Below, in pieces: positions 59,400 through 64,000 of a DNA stretch of 64,000 bases (within the stretch, counting starts at the first letter, position 1; each line of letters starts with the position of its first letter). The translations under genes were made by a program, and so were the position numbers. Under the pieces are notes generated by a model, which was not told where the DNA came from, ran no database searches, and saw only the letters and a program-made list of their open reading frames with translations. The stretch is from Mobula hypostoma (taxonomy: Eukaryota). The DNA lies in contig NC_086101.1 in assembly GCF_963921235.1 (NCBI RefSeq), positions 3,536,001 to 3,600,000 of the forward strand, read 5' to 3'.

Positions 59400-60525
59400 A
59401 TAGAACATAGAACATAGAATAGTACAGCACCGTACAGGCTCTTCGGCCCACAATGTTGTACCGAGCCTTAAACCCTGCCTCCCATATAATCCACCCCACC
59501 TTAAATTCCTCCATATACCTGTCTAGTAGTCTCTCAAATTTCACTAGTGTATCTGCCTCCACCACTGACTCAGGCAGTGTATTCCACGCACCAACCACTC
59601 TCTGAGTAAAAAACTTTCCTCTAATATCTCCCTTGAACTTCCCACCCCTTACCTTAAAGCCATGTCCTCTTGTATTGAGCAGTGGTGCCCTGGGGAAGAG
59701 GCGCTGGCTATCCACCCTATCTATTCCTCTTATTATCTTGTACACCTCTATCATGTCTCTTCTCATCCTCCTTCTCTCCAAAGAGTAAAGCCCTAGCTCC
59801 CTTAATCTCTGATCATAATGCATGATCCAAACCAGGCAGCATCCTGGTAAATCTCCTCTGTACCCTTTCCAATGCTTCCACATCCTTCCTATAGTGAGGC
59901 GACCAGAAATGGACACACTACTCCAAGTGTGGCCTAACAAGAGTTTTATAGAGCTCCATCATCAACTCGAGACTCTTAAACTCTATCCCTAACTTCTGAA
60001 AGCTAACACCACATAAGCTTTCTGAACTACCCTATCCACCTGTGAGGCAACTTTCAGGTATCTGTGGACATGTACCCCGAGATCCCTCTGCTCCTCCACA
60101 CTACCAAGTATCCTGCCATTTACTTTGTACTCTGCCTTGGAGTTTGTCCTTCCAAAGTGTACCACCTCACACTTTTCTGGGATGAACTTCATCTGCCACT
60201 TCTCAGCCCACTTCTGCATCCTATCAATGCCTCTCTGCAATCTTCGACAATTCTCTGCACTCTCTACAACACCACCAACCTTCTTGTCGTCTGCAAACTT
60301 GCCAACCCACCCTTGTACCCCCACATCCAGGTCGTTAATAAAAATCACGAAAAGCAGAGATCCCAGAACCGATCCTTGTGGGATACCACTAGTCACAATC
60401 CAAATGTACTCCCTGCACCACGACCCTTTGCCTTCTGCAGGAAAGCCAATCTTGAATCCACCTGGCCTTCCCTGGATCCGATGCCTTCTGACTTTCTGAA
60501 TAAGCCAACCGTGTGGATTCGTATC
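59400..60525 (-). mobile_element. CR1 LINE 3' part
   Basis: GIPQGSVLG, KFADD; near-identical to the 19.8-20.3 kb copy; (TTCTATG)n tail. Confidence 0.9.
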
Positions 60526-60527
60526 AA

Positions 60528-61230
60528 ATAGTCATAGTCATACTTTATTGATCCCGAGGGAAATTGGTTTTCGTTGCAGTTGCACCATAAATAATTAATT
60601 AGTAATATGTAAATTATTCCAGGAAATAAGTCCAGGACCAGCCTATTGGCTCAGGGTGTCTGACCCTCCAAGGGAGGAGTTGTAAAGTTTGATGGCCACA
60701 GGCAGGAATGACTTCCTATGATGCTCTGTGCTGCATCTCGGTGGAATGAGTCTCTGGCTGAATGTACTCCTGTGCCCAACCAGTACATTATGTAGTGGAT
60801 GAGAGACATTGTCCAAGATGGCATGCAACTTGGACAGCATCCTCTTTTCAGACACCACCGTCAGAGAGTGCAGTTCCATCCCCACAACATCACTGGCCTT
60901 ACGAATGAGTTTGTTGATTCTGTTGGTGTCTGCTACCCTCAGCCTGCTGCCCCAGCACACAACAGCAAACATGATAGCACTGGCCACCACAGACTCGTAG
61001 AACATCCTCAGCATCATCCGGCAGATGCAAAAGGACCTCAGTCTCCTCAGGAAGTAGAGACGGCTCTGACCCTTCTTGTAGACAGCCTCAGTGTTCTTTG
61101 ACCAGTCCAGTTTATTGTCAATTCGTATCCCCAGGTATTTGTAATCCTCCACCACATCCACACTGACCCTCTGGATGGAAACAGGGGTCACCGGTACCTT
61201 AGCTCTCCTCAGGTCTGCCACCAGCTCCTT
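60528..61230 (-). mobile_element. Rex1/Babar LINE 3' part
   Basis: YKYLG..ID.KL.W..NT...KK..SRLYFLRRL; (ATGACT)n tail. Confidence 0.88.
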
Positions 61231-61231
61231 T

Positions 61232-61680
61232 TGCCAGGACTTGAGAAACTCAGTTACAGAGAAAGTTGAATAGGTTAGGACTTTATTCCCTGGAGCGTAG
61301 AAGAATGAGGGGAGATTTGATAGCAGTATATAAAATTATGATGGGTATCGATGTAAGCAGGCTTTTTCCACTGAGGCATGGGGAGAAAAAAACCAGAGGA
61401 CATGGGTTGAGGGTGAAGGGGGAAAAGTTTAAAGGGAACAGGCGGGGGGGCTTCTTCACACAGAGAGTGGTGGGAGTGTGGAATGAGCTGCCAAACAAGA
61501 TGGTAAATGCAGGTTCTTGTTTAACATTTAAGAATAAATTGGACAGATACATGGGTGGGAGGTGTATGGAGGGATATGGTCCCTGTGCAGGTCAGTGGGA
61601 CTAGGCAGAAAATGGTTCGGCACAGCCAAGAAGGGCCAAAAGGCTTGTTTCTGTGCTGTAGTTTTTCTCTGGTTTTCTGT
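61232..61680 (+). mobile_element. CR1 3' fragment; a minus-strand CR1 ORF1 esterase fragment follows at ~61680-62180
   Basis: LYSLERRRMRGDLI...WNELP; CCLPGARVRDVSDRV. Confidence 0.85.
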
Positions 61681-62797
61681 CTGGCTTTACTCCATGAACT
61701 TCTTTCACTGCTCTATCGCTCTGGGTCCCATCCCCCTTGCAAATTAGTTTAAACCCTCCCGAACCATGCTAGCAAACCTACCTGCAAGGATATTGCTCCC
61801 CCTCGAGTTCAGGTGCAACCCACCCAATCTGTACAGGTCTCACCTTCCCCAGAAGAGATCCCAATGATCCAAAAATCTAAACCCTGCTCCCTGCACCAAC
61901 TCCTCAGCCACGCATTCAACTGCCATCTCCTCCAATTCTTACCATCTCTGTCACGTAGCACTGGCAGCAATCCTGAGAATGTCACCCTTGAGGTCCTGTT
62001 CTTCAGTCTTCTGCCTAGTTGCCGAAACTCACACTTCAGGACCTCAGCTCTCTTCCTGCCTACGTCATTGGTCCCAACATGTATCACGACTTCTGGTTGC
62101 CTTCCCCCTCGTACCAGGATGTCGTGCACCCGGTCAGAGACATCCCGGACCCTGGCACCCGGGAGGCAACAAACCACGCTGGAAGCTTGTAGTTTCGATT
62201 CCTGGAGGAGCCACATGGTTTACTGGGAATCCATGACTTTTTTTCCTGTAAGAGTCACGTGATGACATATTCCCGACTGTTTAAAAAGAGTCACAGTCAT
62301 TTATTGAGTCTGTCGCTCATTAGGGAGTCGGTCGGTAAGGAGTCGTTAAAAATCGATGGGATTTTAAACTGCTGCTCTAAGACTGTGCTTGAGTAAGACT
62401 TTGTTCAGAACTGTTTCTAAGTTTGACTGTTTGGGAGCTACAGACGCATAACGCTGTTAACTTCTGTTCAAGTTAGTCATTTGTTTAATTTTCTATATTT
62501 CTGCGTAAATGTTAATAAATTTAATTGTTTAGCAATAATTCCCCGGCTCCATTCTACATCTATTGTTGCTGGTCCGTAACAGAAGGTACATCGTATGCTT
62601 GCCTTTACTAGTCGAGGCACTGAGTTCAAACGTCATGAAGTTATGTTTCAACTTTATGAAACTCTAGTTGTGCCACATCTGGAATACTGCATACAGTTCT
62701 GGTTGCCCTATTATAAGAAAGATGCAGAGGCTTTGGAGAGGGTGCAGAAGACATTTACCAGGATGCTGGTAAAGGAGGACTAGAGCTGACCTGATAG

Positions 62798-63541
62798 AGG
62801 CCAACAATTGCCAGGCCCACTCCCAGAACCCCTCCTAAATAATGGAACCACATGAGCAACACGTCAATCCTCCAGCATCATCCCCGCCTCCAATGACACG
62901 AAACATTTCCGTCAGAGCCCCTGCCACCTCCACACCAACCTCCCTCAAGGTCCCAGGGAACATCCCGTCCGGACCCGGAGACCCACCCACCTCTACATTC
63001 CTTAAAAGCACCAGTACTTCCCCTTCCTTAATCGTCACACTTTGTACAACTACCCTTCTTGTTTCCTTTACCTTTCACAACTCAACATCCTTCTCCCTAG
63101 CAAACACTGAAGAAAAGAAATTGTTCAAAATTTCCCCCCCCTCTCTCTTGGCTCCGCACATAGCCGTCCACTCCGACCCTCCAAGGTACCAATTCTATCC
63201 CTCTTTATCCTTCTGCTACCAATGTAACTGGAGAAACCCTCTGGATTTATTTTCACACTACTTGCCAAAGCAGCTTCTCATCTTCCTTTAGGCTTTCCAA
63301 TTTCTTTCTTAAGATTCTCCTTACATTCTTTATATTCCTCGAGCACCTCATTAACTCCAAGCTGCCTACATTTATTGTAGATCCTTCTCTTTCTCCGAAC
63401 TAAATATCCCTTGAAAATCATGGCTCTCCCAAACCTCCAACCCCTCCCTTCAACCCAACAGGAACACAAAGATCCTGCACCCTCAAAATTTCACCTTTAA
63501 ATGACCTCCATTTCTCTATTACATCCTTCCCATAAAACAAT
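62798..63541 (-). mobile_element. CR1 ORF2 internal fragment with A-to-G hypermutation
   Basis: SPGPD..FP.TL.E, VPLF, FKGEILRVQ motifs, with K/D/N/Y residues converted to G/R/C. Confidence 0.85.
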
Positions 63542-64000
63542 GAGCTGCGATCCCTCTCAACGCAGACGCCAATTGCTCCTTCGAGTTCAGAATCAGAACC
63601 AGGTTTATTTTCACTCATTTATATTGGTGACCACGACCAACACACCACATAAAGTTCCCAAATGCATGTAAATTGTAGGGAGGCATAGCGGTTAGCACAA
63701 CGCTATTATGGCCCGCTGAGCTCCGGAGTTCAGAGTTCAATTCACGCCACTCCACAGTGGGGAGCTGCAGTGACAGGGCCTCTGGCAGCGAGTCTGGTGC
63801 TGTGCCTCAGAATAGCAGAGTGCTGAAGAGGACTGCAGTGTTGATATGAGATGCCATAGAGGAATAGAGACGAGATTCTGTGGGAGTGATAGAGACACCC
63901 GGATGGTATGTTGCCTCCTAAGTGCCAGGGTCAGGGATGTTTTGGATCAGGACGAGGGTGATCAGCTAGAGGTCTTGACGCATATTGGCACCAGTTACAT

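Noticed and set aside
62188..62581. Possible solo LTR (TG...CA, AATAAA)
   Set aside because: No target-site duplication is visible and the boundaries are uncertain.
52235..64000. Search for further exons of the upstream paralog
   Set aside because: None recognised; the region is nearly all transposon-derived.

Overview
This is repeat-rich vertebrate genomic DNA, inferred to come from a cartilaginous fish because of its V-SINE/HE1-like SINEs and abundant CR1, Rex1/Babar and Penelope-like elements. The main gene is a complement factor B/C2-family gene on the minus strand. I assembled 15 GT-AG exons by hand from ATG 49438 down to 1585 (1938 nt, 646 codons, no stops). They encode a signal peptide, 3 CCP domains, the linker with the R|K scissile bond, a vWA domain with an intact MIDAS, and the first part of the serine protease (His and Asp). 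Exons 16-18 lie beyond base 1. About 0.7 kb upstream, on the same strand, are the last two exons of a second Bf/C2-family gene (GDSGGP...RFFQ; SW...RDFHINLF). This head-to-tail pair resembles mammalian C2-CFB, but the upstream copy has a CG instead of AG splice acceptor and SWV instead of SWG. The introns hold nested retroelements, a ~9 kb CT-rich tract with higher-order structure, several minisatellites derived from retrotransposon fragments, Penelope-associated minimal hammerhead ribozymes, and a CR1 copy with strong A-to-G hypermutation. Most long ORFs in the supplied track are simple-repeat artefacts. No database search was run, so family assignments rest on recognised motifs.
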